A stretch of DNA of 64,000 nucleotides from a virus: IMG/VR virus record IMGVR_UViG_3300032050_000037, positions 49,073 to 113,072 of that record; one strand, given 5' to 3'. The notes under the pieces were generated by a model, which did no database searches, was not told the DNA's origin, and saw nothing but the letters and a program-made list of their open reading frames with translations. Below are positions 19,927 to 30,183 of this stretch, one piece after another; position 1 is the first letter of the stretch, and each line of letters begins with the position of its first letter. The translations under genes and the position numbers were made by a program.

Positions 19927-21716
19927 TGTCTTTTGATTTTTCTGATTTAATTGATATTTTAGATGGCGAAGAATTTGAAGAGCGCCCAGTAGACCTAAAA
20001 ACATTTGTTACTAGTCCAGAATATCTAGGATTGCCACCACTTTCAGAATATCAATATACATTAATTGAAAAAGGTTCTCAAATATATAAAGAGTCTACCT
20101 TAATTAAATTATTTGGAGAAGAGGAAGGCAAACGGAGATTTAAACAGACTTGTACAGAAATCATTGCTCAATTGGGTAAGGGTTCAGGAAAAGACTATAC
20201 ATCTACAATATCAGTTTCCTATATGGTTTACTTATTATTATGTTTAAAAGATCCAGCAACATATTACGGAAAACCACCTGGAGATACAATTGATATTATT
20301 AATATTGCTGTTAACGCACAGCAAGCAAACAACGTATTTTTTAAAGGATTTAAAACACGTATAGATAGAAGTCCATGGTTTGTAGGAAAATATGATCCAA
20401 AAGCTTCTGAGATTAGATTTGATAAAAATGTAAATGTATACTCAGGACATTCAGAAAGAGAAGCTTTTGAAGGGTATAACGTAATTGCTGTCATTCTAGA
20501 CGAAATTTCTGGCTTCGCCACAGAAAATACAACTGGACATGATCAAGCTAAAACCGCAGATGCAATATACGATATGTATCGTGGATCTGTAATATCACGC
20601 TTTCCAGATTACGGTAAAGTAATTTTACTTTCATTTCCTCGTTTTAAAAATGATCCAATCCAAAAATTTTACGACTCAGTAGTAGCGGAAAAAGAAACTA
20701 TTATTAAATCTAAAATTTTAAAAATGAATGAAGACCTACCAGACGGAACGCAGGGTAATGAAATAACGGTTGAATGGGAAGAAGATCATATAATTTCATA
20801 TAATATTCCTAAAGTATATGCACTTAAAAGACCAACCTGGGACGTAAATCCTACTAAAAAAATTGAAGATTTTAAAATAGAATTTTATAAAAACATGCCA
20901 GATGCACTAAGTCGTTTTGCTTGCATGCCACCAGAAGCAATAGATGCATTTTTTAAATCAAGAGAAAAAATTGAATTAGCTTTTAATAATACTGCATTAG
21001 CCATAGATCAATTTGGAAGATTCGAAAATTGGTTCGCCCCAGATCCAGACAAAGATTATTTTATACACGTAGATTTAGCACAAAAACATGACCACTGCGC
21101 TGTGTCTTTAGCTCATGTTCAAAAATGGGTAAACGTAAAAGTAACAGATACTTACTCACAACCAGCACCAATAGTTGAAGTTGATGCAATAAGATATTGG
21201 ACACCTACTGCAGATAAATCAGTAGATTTTACCGAAGTTAAAGATTATATATTGGCTTTAAGAACTAAGGGATTCAAAATAAAAATATGCACATTTGACC
21301 GATGGAACTCTCATGATATGATGCAACAACTTAAACAATATGGAATAAATACTGAAATTTTATCTGTTGCTAAAAAACATTATGACGACATGGCAATGGT
21401 TGTATTAGAAGAAAGACTACATGGGCCACATATTCCATTATTAATAGATGAGTTACTTCAATTAAAAATTATGAGAGATAAAGTTGATCACCCAAGAAAA
21501 GGATCTAAAGACTTAGCAGATGCCGTATGTGGATCAATTTATAATGCTATAAGTAGAACTAGGTTTGATTCAAATCAAGAAATCAAAATTCATACATATG
21601 AATCAATGAGTTTTGAAGATCATAATACAGAAGAAGTCTTTGTACAAAATATGATAAGAGCTCCAAGAATGCCAGAAGATTTAAAAGAGTCAATAGACAG
21701 GATGATGACAATATGA
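19926..21716 (+). CDS. terL: terminase large subunit
   Basis: Walker A GKGSGKD, Walker B VILDE, HVDLA, KDLADAV nuclease motifs. Confidence 0.9.
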   Translation: MSFDFSDLIDILDGEEFEERPVDLKTFVTSPEYLGLPPLSEYQYTLIEKGSQIYKESTLIKLFGEEEGKRRFKQTCTEIIAQLGKGSGKDYTSTISVSYMVYLLLCLKDPATYYGKPPGDTIDIINIAVNAQQANNVFFKGFKTRIDRSPWFVGKYDPKASEIRFDKNVNVYSGHSEREAFEGYNVIAVILDEISGFATENTTGHDQAKTADAIYDMYRGSVISRFPDYGKVILLSFPRFKNDPIQKFYDSVVAEKETIIKSKILKMNEDLPDGTQGNEITVEWEEDHIISYNIPKVYALKRPTWDVNPTKKIEDFKIEFYKNMPDALSRFACMPPEAIDAFFKSREKIELAFNNTALAIDQFGRFENWFAPDPDKDYFIHVDLAQKHDHCAVSLAHVQKWVNVKVTDTYSQPAPIVEVDAIRYWTPTADKSVDFTEVKDYILALRTKGFKIKICTFDRWNSHDMMQQLKQYGINTEILSVAKKHYDDMAMVVLEERLHGPHIPLLIDELLQLKIMRDKVDHPRKGSKDLADAVCGSIYNAISRTRFDSNQEIKIHTYESMSFEDHNTEEVFVQNMIRAPRMPEDLKESIDRMMTI

Positions 21717-21952
21717 ATATATACCAGGAAAAAGCAAAAGAATGTAAATGCTGTGGGAAGCATGTTCCACTTCCAACAACATTAAAAGAATATAATGGAA
21801 TAACAGTATGCCCTACTACATTTTCTAATATAGTAGAATATGCTAGAATATGGAATGCTGCAGGAAGTAGACCTTCGGGAAGTATAAGAAAACATTTTTC
21901 TGAATACGTTCAGCAAATAGTTGAAAATGAATTAAATAAAAAGGATATCTAA
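21713..21952 (+). CDS. hypothetical Cys-containing protein
   Basis: Coupled ORF. Confidence 0.55.
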   Translation: MNIYQEKAKECKCCGKHVPLPTTLKEYNGITVCPTTFSNIVEYARIWNAAGSRPSGSIRKHFSEYVQQIVENELNKKDI

Positions 21953-21954
21953 TT

Positions 21955-22935
21955 ATGAGTGTTAGCATTTCCAGCAATGAAATAAAAGTAGGAAATCTAA
22001 GATATTTTTCAGATGAAAATCTCATAAGTATAGTAGATGAAAAATTTACTTTAGAAAGTCAAGATAAAAAACATTTTTTTGCTGAAGATAATAGGTCTTT
22101 TAAAATTCTATCTAGCCAACCTAAAATTTTAATTAAAGTTCATCAAAATCCTCTTCACAATGTAATAAATACTTATGGAACAATTTTAAATTGTTTAAAT
22201 ATTTTTGAAAATCCATTATTTATTTTTAATACTTATAATTTAAGGCCAGGGTACTTAAATCATAATCTAATTGAATTTTTTTATTGTTTTTTAAAAGATA
22301 ATAATATAAATAGAATGTTCTTAGATCCTGCATTACATTCTCAAATATTAATCGATAATTTTTATTTTGCAATGCAATCAGACGACCAGCCAGTACCAAA
22401 TCCAATTAATAAAATTAATGAAAAATTTTTAGACTATGTCGATAGAGATTATGAGCCATTTAGAAAAGTGTATGTAAGCAGAAAAAATATTGTGCCTAAA
22501 ACTTATGAATTTGAAAAAAAGCAAGATTTACTTAAAGATTTTAAAGAAAGATTATCTGATGAATATATATTAGAAAAGTATTTTCAAGATAAAAATTTTG
22601 AGATAGTCTATCCAGAAAATTTTAATTCATTTATAGAGCAAATAAACTATTTTAGTGAAGTTAAAACACTTATTTCTTTAAGTGGAGCAAGTGCAATGAA
22701 TGGAATTTTTATGAAACCAAAAACTAATATTCTAGAAATATCAACAGAATTAGTTACTCCACATAATTCAAGAGAGCATGGAGGATTCATTAGAGCACAA
22801 CATCATTTTTTTCATAACATTTCATATGAAAGAGATATATATTTTTATTCTATAAAAAATGATACCAAAAAGTCTGAGGACATAATTAATAAAATAGAAT
22901 CAAATAAATTTTTAAAGGAGTTAGTTAATGAATAA
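21955..22935 (+). CDS. glycosyltransferase family 61 (DUF563)
   Basis: VYVSR, YPE...EQINYF, SGASAMNGIFM. Confidence 0.75.
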   Translation: MSVSISSNEIKVGNLRYFSDENLISIVDEKFTLESQDKKHFFAEDNRSFKILSSQPKILIKVHQNPLHNVINTYGTILNCLNIFENPLFIFNTYNLRPGYLNHNLIEFFYCFLKDNNINRMFLDPALHSQILIDNFYFAMQSDDQPVPNPINKINEKFLDYVDRDYEPFRKVYVSRKNIVPKTYEFEKKQDLLKDFKERLSDEYILEKYFQDKNFEIVYPENFNSFIEQINYFSEVKTLISLSGASAMNGIFMKPKTNILEISTELVTPHNSREHGGFIRAQHHFFHNISYERDIYFYSIKNDTKKSEDIINKIESNKFLKELVNE

Positions 22936-24037
22936 TTTAAATATTGTTATTCCTATGGCTGGGCTAGGTACTAGATTTATAAATGCTGGTATTTTAGAAC
23001 CAAAACCACTAATAAAAGTAAATAAAAAATATTTAATAGAACATTCTGTATCAACTTTAGGAATAAAAGCTAGATATATTTTTATAACTAGAAATTATGA
23101 AAACGAAAATCATAACAGAAAACTTTCAGATTTATTAAAAACAATATCTCCAGAAAGCATAGAAATTAAAATAGACACTTTAACTAGTGGTGCTACCGAA
23201 ACTGTTCTGTATGCTAAAGAATATATTAATAATGATAATCCATTAATTATTACAAATTGTGATCAAATAATCAATTGGAATAGTCAAGATTTTTTAGAAT
23301 TTGTTAGCGACGATAATTGTGACGGAGCAGTTGTATTATTTAAATCAAATGATTTAAAAAATAGTTTTGCTGAAATTAATAATAATTTAGTTACAAAAAT
23401 TGCTGAGAAAGAAAGTATTAGTGATAATGCTCTAGTAGGAATACATTATTGGAAAAATGGAAAAGATTTTGTATTTTCAGCACAAAATTTATTAAATACT
23501 TTTAGAAAATTAGGAACTCCAGAGTGTTATATTTCTGAAACATATAATTATTTAATAGAAAATAATAAAAAAATATATCCATATTTTTTACAAAAACACG
23601 CCTACATTGCTCTAGGGACACCAGAAGATCTAGAAAAATATAATGGAAAAGTTAGAGAGTACTATACAGAAAAACCAAAAACAATATTTTGCGATATTGA
23701 TGGAACTATATTAAAACATTCACATAGATTTAGTGATATAGGAAAAGCAGACCCAGAAATTTTAAATGGAGTATTAAATAAATTTAATGATTGGGATTCT
23801 AAAGGATATAAAATTATTTTAACTACCGCAAGAAAAGAATCAGCTAGAAGTATAACAGAAAAACATTTACAAAGTCTTGGTTTATGCTGGGATATGTTAT
23901 TGATGAACATGACAAGCGGAAATAGATTTTTAATCAACGATAAACTTTTACCAGAAGACAATAACCGTGCTACTGCAATTAACTTAATTACAGATTCTGG
24001 ATTTGATACTATAAATTGGACAGAGTATGGATTATGA
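22928..24037 (+). CDS. sugar nucleotidyltransferase fused to HAD-like phosphatase
   Basis: IPMAGLGTRF...PKPLI, LGTPEDL; C-terminal CDIDGT, TTAR, INDK. Confidence 0.82.
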   Translation: MNNLNIVIPMAGLGTRFINAGILEPKPLIKVNKKYLIEHSVSTLGIKARYIFITRNYENENHNRKLSDLLKTISPESIEIKIDTLTSGATETVLYAKEYINNDNPLIITNCDQIINWNSQDFLEFVSDDNCDGAVVLFKSNDLKNSFAEINNNLVTKIAEKESISDNALVGIHYWKNGKDFVFSAQNLLNTFRKLGTPECYISETYNYLIENNKKIYPYFLQKHAYIALGTPEDLEKYNGKVREYYTEKPKTIFCDIDGTILKHSHRFSDIGKADPEILNGVLNKFNDWDSKGYKIILTTARKESARSITEKHLQSLGLCWDMLLMNMTSGNRFLINDKLLPEDNNRATAINLITDSGFDTINWTEYGL

Positions 24038-24354
24038 TAATAGATAATATTAAAAATATGAAAATGGGTTGGTTTATAGGAGATTTCGACCCATCAGTTT
24101 ATAAAACAAAAGAGTTTGAGGTTGGATATAAAGAGCATATTGCAGGAGAGCAATATGGTCATCATTACCATTCTAAAATTAAAGAAATTAATTTTTTAAT
24201 AGAAGGAACTATGTTTATTCATAATAAAGAATTAAATGCTGGAGACATATTTATTTTAGAACCATTCGAAATAGCAGACCCAGAATTTATAACTAATTGC
24301 AAAATTATATGTATAAAAATACCTGGGATAGTTGGAGATAAAATAAATATATGA
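24034..24354 (+). CDS. cupin-fold protein (sugar isomerase/epimerase-like)
   Basis: GWFIGDF, HYH...E. Confidence 0.7.
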   Translation: MIIDNIKNMKMGWFIGDFDPSVYKTKEFEVGYKEHIAGEQYGHHYHSKIKEINFLIEGTMFIHNKELNAGDIFILEPFEIADPEFITNCKIICIKIPGIVGDKINI

Positions 24355-24439
24355 TTAAAAAAATTATTAATAAAATTAAATTTATTCTATGGATTAAAAA
24401 AAATAAAAAAGCTTTTAAAAAAAGGAATTTTTTATACTA

Positions 24440-25171
24440 ATGATGCATTTAGATTATAGATTAGCTGATAAATTTAATGATATAGATTATAGATGTGATG
24501 ATTTTAAAAAAAATCATGATGGTAAACATATATTGTTTATAGGAGACTCATTTGCTGCAGGAGACGGTTTAGAAAAAGAAGAAACATGGTGTTATAGAGT
24601 ATATAAAAAAATATCGGAAATAGAAAAAACTAGTGGTTATTTTAATTTAGGAACATCTGGCTCAGCAATTAGTGATTCTATAGATCAATTTTTTAAGTAT
24701 TGCTATCTATATTCTAATCCAGATGTAGTTTTTTTTGTAACAACTGAATTTAATAGAGAAGAAAGATATGGATTGTTTAAGGAAGACCATAGAAATTCTT
24801 TTATTTATAGAATTTATTTGTATTTAGAACAATATTGTAGATCTAATAATATAAAATTATATACATTTTCTTGGATTAAATCAATAAATTTAAAACAACC
24901 AAAAAGAATTACTAAGGGTCCTTCCTGGTTAGAATTAGCAAACTCTAAGTATGAATTAATTAATAATCATGATATATTAAATAGATTTGAAACATTTTAT
25001 GATTATGATAAAGATTATATGATGAAAAAAGTTTTTGAGTATGATAGATTGTCAAATAATGATTTAAATTCATTATGGGCAAGAGATAATTTACATCCAG
25101 GTACATCTTTTCATAAATTTTATTGTGATTTTATATTTGATAAATATTTGATTGGAAAAAATAATGGATAA
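24440..25171 (+). CDS. SGNH-hydrolase-like protein
   Basis: FIGDSF, NLG.SG, DNLHPG. Confidence 0.65.
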   Translation: MMHLDYRLADKFNDIDYRCDDFKKNHDGKHILFIGDSFAAGDGLEKEETWCYRVYKKISEIEKTSGYFNLGTSGSAISDSIDQFFKYCYLYSNPDVVFFVTTEFNREERYGLFKEDHRNSFIYRIYLYLEQYCRSNNIKLYTFSWIKSINLKQPKRITKGPSWLELANSKYELINNHDILNRFETFYDYDKDYMMKKVFEYDRLSNNDLNSLWARDNLHPGTSFHKFYCDFIFDKYLIGKNNG

Positions 25172-26231
25172 CACTTATACAGAAATGTTTTATGATTGTA
25201 TAATTAACAAATTAGACAATAAATATTTTAAATATTATCCAAGCATTGTAGATAAAATATATTATAATGAATTTTATAATTATACTGATAAAGATTATGG
25301 AGTTATTGAAAATAGATTTTCTTTATTTAAAAAAATAGATCCTGAAATAGATTTTATTTTAAATAAAGATGGATTTAGATCACCAGAATTTAAAGAAAAT
25401 ATTGATTTTTTAATAGCTGGATGTTCAAATACTATGGGGGATGGATTAAGAACAGATAAAATTTGGTATGAATTATTATTAAAGGATAGTAAGTACACAT
25501 ATAATTCAATAGCACAGGCTGGTGAGAGCATTAATAGTCAGGTTGAAAAAATTTTTACTTACATAAAAAAATACAATAATCCAAAAAATATTTTATTTTT
25601 AATGCCAAATTTTGAAAGAATTAAAATTTTTAATTCTCCCATGTTTTTTACCTCCCATAAATTTGAAAATTATATATCAACACACTATGAATCAAATACA
25701 GATATTTACTATACTAACATGGATGATAAAACTAATATAAATTATTCAAATAAATCAATTGATGACTTAAATTCTTCTATAATATTTGATAATCAAAATG
25801 AAATAAAATATTTTAAAAGACCACTTTTGGCAGAAGAAGTTATACCTATACAAATGGCTCATATGTATTCTGCACAGAGTATAAATATTTTAGAAACATA
25901 TTGTAAAAAAACTAATATAAATTTATTATATGGCACTTGGGACTTACATTCAAATGAACTTTTAAAAAAACTTTCTAATGATAATAATTTTACAAATTTT
26001 ATTGATCTAGAAAATAATAATTGGGTAAGAAAAAATTTAACTGATTATCCTATATACATAATAGACAGTTGTCATAGAGAATTTATTAAAGATATTTATT
26101 TCAATGTAGCGTTAGATTACTATATAAATGAAAAAGAAAGTGCACATTTAGGTTTTCATAGACATATACATATAAGAGATATTTTTGCAAAACAATTAAA
26201 CGATAGGTATGGATATGATTTTAAAGTTTAA
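25164..26231 (+). CDS. SGNH-hydrolase-like protein
   Basis: GFRS, AGCSNT.G, C-terminal HLG..H. Confidence 0.55.
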   Translation: MDNTYTEMFYDCIINKLDNKYFKYYPSIVDKIYYNEFYNYTDKDYGVIENRFSLFKKIDPEIDFILNKDGFRSPEFKENIDFLIAGCSNTMGDGLRTDKIWYELLLKDSKYTYNSIAQAGESINSQVEKIFTYIKKYNNPKNILFLMPNFERIKIFNSPMFFTSHKFENYISTHYESNTDIYYTNMDDKTNINYSNKSIDDLNSSIIFDNQNEIKYFKRPLLAEEVIPIQMAHMYSAQSINILETYCKKTNINLLYGTWDLHSNELLKKLSNDNNFTNFIDLENNNWVRKNLTDYPIYIIDSCHREFIKDIYFNVALDYYINEKESAHLGFHRHIHIRDIFAKQLNDRYGYDFKV

Positions 26232-26294
26232 ATATTATTTACATAGATTTAAATTAAAATTTAAAAAAAATAAAAAAAGAGACAGGTATATATA

Positions 26295-27776
26295 TTGATA
26301 ATACTTGGAATTAATGAAACTTCGCATGATGCATCTTTATCATTAATTGAAGATGGGAATATCTTATTTGCTGGTCATGCTGAAAGATATAGCAAGAAAA
26401 AAAATGATTGGTATATCAATAATGATTTAATTAGTGATGCCCTGCAATACGGTTTTCCAGATCAGATAGCATATTATGAAAATCCATTATTAAAAGCTTC
26501 TAGATTATTATTAAAGGGTGGAAATGGTAATTGGGTTCCAAAATATCAAATTAAAAATATATTTAATAAAACCGTACCAGTTAAATATTTCAAACATCAT
26601 TATTCGCATGCATGTGCTGGATATTATACAAGTAAATTCGATGATGCAGTTATAGTTGTTTTGGATTCTATAGGAGAATGGAATACTTCTACAATATGGA
26701 CGGGAGAAGGAGACAAAGTTAAATTAAAACATAAACAAAATTATCCATTTAGCTTTGGATTATTCTATTCTGCTTTTACACAACTAGTAGGATTAAAACC
26801 AAATGAAGAGGAATATATTTTTATGGGTATGGCTGGCTATGGAAACCCAGATAGATATTTTGATCAAGTAAATTCTTATTTTCCATCAATTACAAAACAA
26901 AAATATAATTTTCATAAAGGAATATATGATTTTAATTGGGGAAGTATTCCATGTATGGCTGGATGGGAGAATAACTCTAAGTCTTGGTTTGATCAAAGAA
27001 ATTTTGATTTAGCAGCAGCAGTCCAAAAGGTTTATACATTAAGACTTTTAGAATTTATGAAGTATGCAAAAGGTATAACTGGTAAAAATAAACTAGTTTT
27101 TATGGGCGGATGTGCTTTAAACTGTTCTGCTAATACTTTTTTATGGGATATATTTAAAGATATTTGGATAATGCCTAACCCAGGAGATGCTGGATCATCT
27201 TTAGGCGCAGCTGCTGCATTATATGGAAAACATTTAAATTGGAACAATCCTTATCTTGGATATAATATTAAAGGAGAATATCCAGTAGATAAAATAATTT
27301 CTGAGTTAAAAGAAAATAAAATTGTTGCAGTTGCAAACGGACGTGCAGAGTATGGACCTAGAGCATTAGGAAACAGAAGTATATTAGCCGATCCAAGAGA
27401 CCCAGATATAAAAAATAAAGTTAATTTAATTAAACAAAGAGAAATGTTTAGACCATTTGCGCCAGTTATAATGGAAGAATGTGCATCAGAATGGTTTGAA
27501 ATGGAATTTACATCACCTTACATGCAATATGCAGTAAAATGTAAAAAACCAGAGATAGTTCCGTCTGTGGTTCATGTAGATGGAACTTCTAGAGTACAAA
27601 CAGTAAATAGAAATCAGCATAGAGGTCTTTGGAGAGTATTAAATAAATTTTATCAAGAAACAGGAGTGCCATTATTATTAAATACTAGTTTAAATATTAA
27701 AGGGCAGCCTTTATTAAATGATATTGCTGATATTAATTTATGGAAATCTATTTATAAAAGTGATATACTAACTTAA
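26295..27776 (+). CDS. carbamoyltransferase (NodU/CmcH family)
   Basis: HDAS, HHYSHA, GGCALN, GDAG, EYGPRALGNRSI, FRPFAP, LNTSLN. Confidence 0.92.
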   Translation: MIILGINETSHDASLSLIEDGNILFAGHAERYSKKKNDWYINNDLISDALQYGFPDQIAYYENPLLKASRLLLKGGNGNWVPKYQIKNIFNKTVPVKYFKHHYSHACAGYYTSKFDDAVIVVLDSIGEWNTSTIWTGEGDKVKLKHKQNYPFSFGLFYSAFTQLVGLKPNEEEYIFMGMAGYGNPDRYFDQVNSYFPSITKQKYNFHKGIYDFNWGSIPCMAGWENNSKSWFDQRNFDLAAAVQKVYTLRLLEFMKYAKGITGKNKLVFMGGCALNCSANTFLWDIFKDIWIMPNPGDAGSSLGAAAALYGKHLNWNNPYLGYNIKGEYPVDKIISELKENKIVAVANGRAEYGPRALGNRSILADPRDPDIKNKVNLIKQREMFRPFAPVIMEECASEWFEMEFTSPYMQYAVKCKKPEIVPSVVHVDGTSRVQTVNRNQHRGLWRVLNKFYQETGVPLLLNTSLNIKGQPLLNDIADINLWKSIYKSDILT

Positions 27777-28366
27777 TGAATAAAGTTTTAATCATAGGTG
27801 GCACAGCCAGATCTTCTAAATTAATAATAAAATCATTAGAAAAAGAAAATTTTATAATAGATTTAATAACTTACAGGCAAAAAAATAAAATTTATGGAGA
27901 ATATAACTGGAAGTATTTAGATTTTGAAGATTATGAATCTGTTTTAAATTTTATTAGAGACCTACCAGTAAATTACTATAGTAAAATAATTTTTTTATCT
28001 GGAAATTCCATATCAGATAATATAACAAAAATTAATATAAAAGAATTAAAACTGTTTTATGACTCATATTTATTTAATTATAACTTATTAATTATAAATT
28101 GCATAAAATCATTAAATGAAAATGGACATATTATCTTCATATCCTCAGTTGCTGCAAATAAAGCAATTTTAGACGCACATTATTCATCAGTAAAAGCTGG
28201 CAATCAAGCTTTAGTTAAATCTTTATCTTTGCATGTAAAAGAAAATCAAGCAATGATTTCAATATCTCCGTCAACCATAACAGAAGAAATAAGAAATGAT
28301 ATGGTAAATATAATATTAAGTGTAAATAAAAATGATAATGGTAAAATTTTTGAATTAGGCTATTGA
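27776..28366 (+). CDS. short-chain dehydrogenase/reductase-like protein
   Basis: Degenerate Rossmann start, ISS, YSSVK. Confidence 0.65.
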   Translation: MNKVLIIGGTARSSKLIIKSLEKENFIIDLITYRQKNKIYGEYNWKYLDFEDYESVLNFIRDLPVNYYSKIIFLSGNSISDNITKINIKELKLFYDSYLFNYNLLIINCIKSLNENGHIIFISSVAANKAILDAHYSSVKAGNQALVKSLSLHVKENQAMISISPSTITEEIRNDMVNIILSVNKNDNGKIFELGY

Positions 28367-28404
28367 CTAATTAATATACTATATATATAATTATATTGTT
28401 ATGA

Positions 28405-28478
28405 GCAACAGTAGCTTAGTTGGTTAAAGCCCCGAACTCATAATTCGGCAATCGTAGGTTCAAGTCCTACCTGTTGCA
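28405..28478 (+). tRNA. tRNA with CAT anticodon (Met elongator or Ile2)
   Basis: GCAACAG/CTGTTGC acceptor, CCGAA-CTCATAA-TTCGG, GTAGG-TTCAAGT-CCTAC. Confidence 0.9.
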
Positions 28479-28490
28479 CAAAGGAGCAAA

Positions 28491-28787
28491 ATGGAAGAGC
28501 CAGGGGAAGACGATTTATTTCAATATTATTTAGAAATAGGAGCAATTGAAATAGCTGGAATAGATCCTGATGGGGAGTTAATTTTTAAAGTAACAGAATA
28601 TGCAGAGGAAGTTGCTCCAGAATTGTGGGATTCGCATACAAATTATGTTGATAAAACTTTAATAGATTTATTTAATAAGGACTTAATTTCAGTTGAATAT
28701 GATGAAAATTTACAGGCAACTATAAGTTTAACACCAGAAGCATATAAAATAATAGAAGAAAAAGGTATTAGGCCAATTGATGAATAA
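28491..28787 (+). CDS. hypothetical acidic protein
   Basis: AAGGAG RBS. Confidence 0.6.
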   Translation: MEEPGEDDLFQYYLEIGAIEIAGIDPDGELIFKVTEYAEEVAPELWDSHTNYVDKTLIDLFNKDLISVEYDENLQATISLTPEAYKIIEEKGIRPIDE

Positions 28788-28813
28788 TGCTATAATACAT
28801 ATAGGAGGTCAAT

Positions 28814-28996
28814 ATGCCATATAATATTAGACAAGGTGCTGCAGGCTGTAAGGGTTTTGCAGTAGTAAATGATAAAGGTGAACTAAAAGGATGTCATCCA
28901 AGCAAATCTAGAGCATTAGCACATCAAAGAGCTTTGTACGCAGCAACTGCAAATGAGCAAAAAATGTCTGAAGATAAGAAAAAGAAAATATTTTAA
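28814..28996 (+). CDS. small conserved-looking phage protein
   Basis: AGGAGG RBS, GCH...A..H..AL motif. Confidence 0.6.
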   Translation: MPYNIRQGAAGCKGFAVVNDKGELKGCHPSKSRALAHQRALYAATANEQKMSEDKKKKIF

Positions 28997-29403
28997 TGTA
29001 CGAATATAGAGTTAAAAAAATAACTGGTGTTGTAGACGGCGATACTTTAGATGTAGATATAGATCTTGGGTTTAATGTTTCTTTTTCTCAAAGAGTTAGG
29101 ATGGCTGGCATAGATACACCAGAATCAAGGACTTCAGATAAATTTGAAAAAGCTCTTGGTTTAGAGTCAAAAGAATATTTAAAATATAAAATTAAAGATG
29201 CAAAAGAAATTGTAATTAAAACAGAAAAACCAGATTCTTCAGAAAAATATGGAAGAATTCTTGGATGGCTATATTTAGATGGATCAAAACAATCAGTTAA
29301 TGAACAAATGATTGAAGATGGATATGCCTGGGGATATATGGGAGAAACTAAGGTTAAAGATTTTGCAGTCTTGGCTGAGAAGAGAAAAAAGAGTGGAAAG
29401 TAA
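28996..29403 (+). CDS. thermonuclease (SNase-like)
   Basis: VVDGDT, VRMAGIDTPE, KYGRILG, GYA. Confidence 0.88.
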   Translation: MYEYRVKKITGVVDGDTLDVDIDLGFNVSFSQRVRMAGIDTPESRTSDKFEKALGLESKEYLKYKIKDAKEIVIKTEKPDSSEKYGRILGWLYLDGSKQSVNEQMIEDGYAWGYMGETKVKDFAVLAEKRKKSGK

Positions 29404-29585
29404 TGCCAATATATGAATACTCATGCATAACATGCGACACTTCTATTGAAATAAATAGAAAATTTGATGATCAAGAAATAATTCCTCCATGCAACTCATG
29501 TGGATACGGTATGACTAGATCTTATAGCTCAGTAGGAGTTCAATTTAAAGGTTCTGGATTTTATAAAACAGACAATCCAAAATAA
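29403..29585 (+). CDS. FmdB-family Zn-ribbon protein
   Basis: MPIYEYSC..C...C..CG...FKGSGFYKTD. Confidence 0.85.
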   Translation: MPIYEYSCITCDTSIEINRKFDDQEIIPPCNSCGYGMTRSYSSVGVQFKGSGFYKTDNPK

Positions 29586-29651
29586 TGATATAATATATTA
29601 GTACCTGCCATTTGGGGGTACTAATATAACTTGCTTAAAAGGAGAAAAAAT

Positions 29652-30059
29652 ATGATGAAAGATCCATGGGCCATTTTTAATGACCCTTTTTTTATTGGTT
29701 TTAATCACACATTAAATAGATTAAACCATGTATATTCAGAAAACCAATCGTATCCACCATACAATGTAATTAAACTAGATGAGGATTCTTATCAAGTTGA
29801 AATTGCTGTTGCTGGATTTGATAAAAAAGATATTGAAGTAACAGTAGACAACTCAACCCTTATTGTAAAAGGAAACAAAGAAGAAACAGAAACTCAATTT
29901 GTACATAAGGGTATTGCAACACGTAAATTCACAAGATCATTTGCGCTTGGCGAATATATGGAAGTTGTAGGTGCTGATTTTGAAAACGGTATGCTGCGAA
30001 TCAGCGTAGACAGAGTTATCCCAGAAGAAAAGAAGCCAAAGACTATTAAAATAAAATAA
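29652..30059 (+). CDS. small heat-shock protein Hsp20 (IbpA-like)
   Basis: YPPYNV, IAVAGF, HKGIATRKFTRSF, NGML. Confidence 0.92.
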   Translation: MMKDPWAIFNDPFFIGFNHTLNRLNHVYSENQSYPPYNVIKLDEDSYQVEIAVAGFDKKDIEVTVDNSTLIVKGNKEETETQFVHKGIATRKFTRSFALGEYMEVVGADFENGMLRISVDRVIPEEKKPKTIKIK

Positions 30060-30071
30060 TAGTATAATAGA

Positions 30072-30165
30072 AATCTGCATCTCGTCACTGAGAAGTCGCA
30101 GATTCGTCGGGGGAGACAGCGACATTAAATATCTGGATAGACCTGAGCACGTCTCAAAACTGCTC
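30072..30165 (+). ncRNA. candidate structured RNA with H-type pseudoknot
   Basis: TATAAT upstream; stems AATCTGC/GCAGATT, GTCG/CGAC, AGAC/GTCT with loop GAGCA pairing TGCTC. Confidence 0.55.
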
Positions 30166-30183
30166 TTTAACATTAAGGATTTT

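Noticed and set aside
7378-21716. Inteins/introns in dnaE, recA or terL
   Set aside because: Lengths are normal and no splice-junction motifs or frame breaks were seen.
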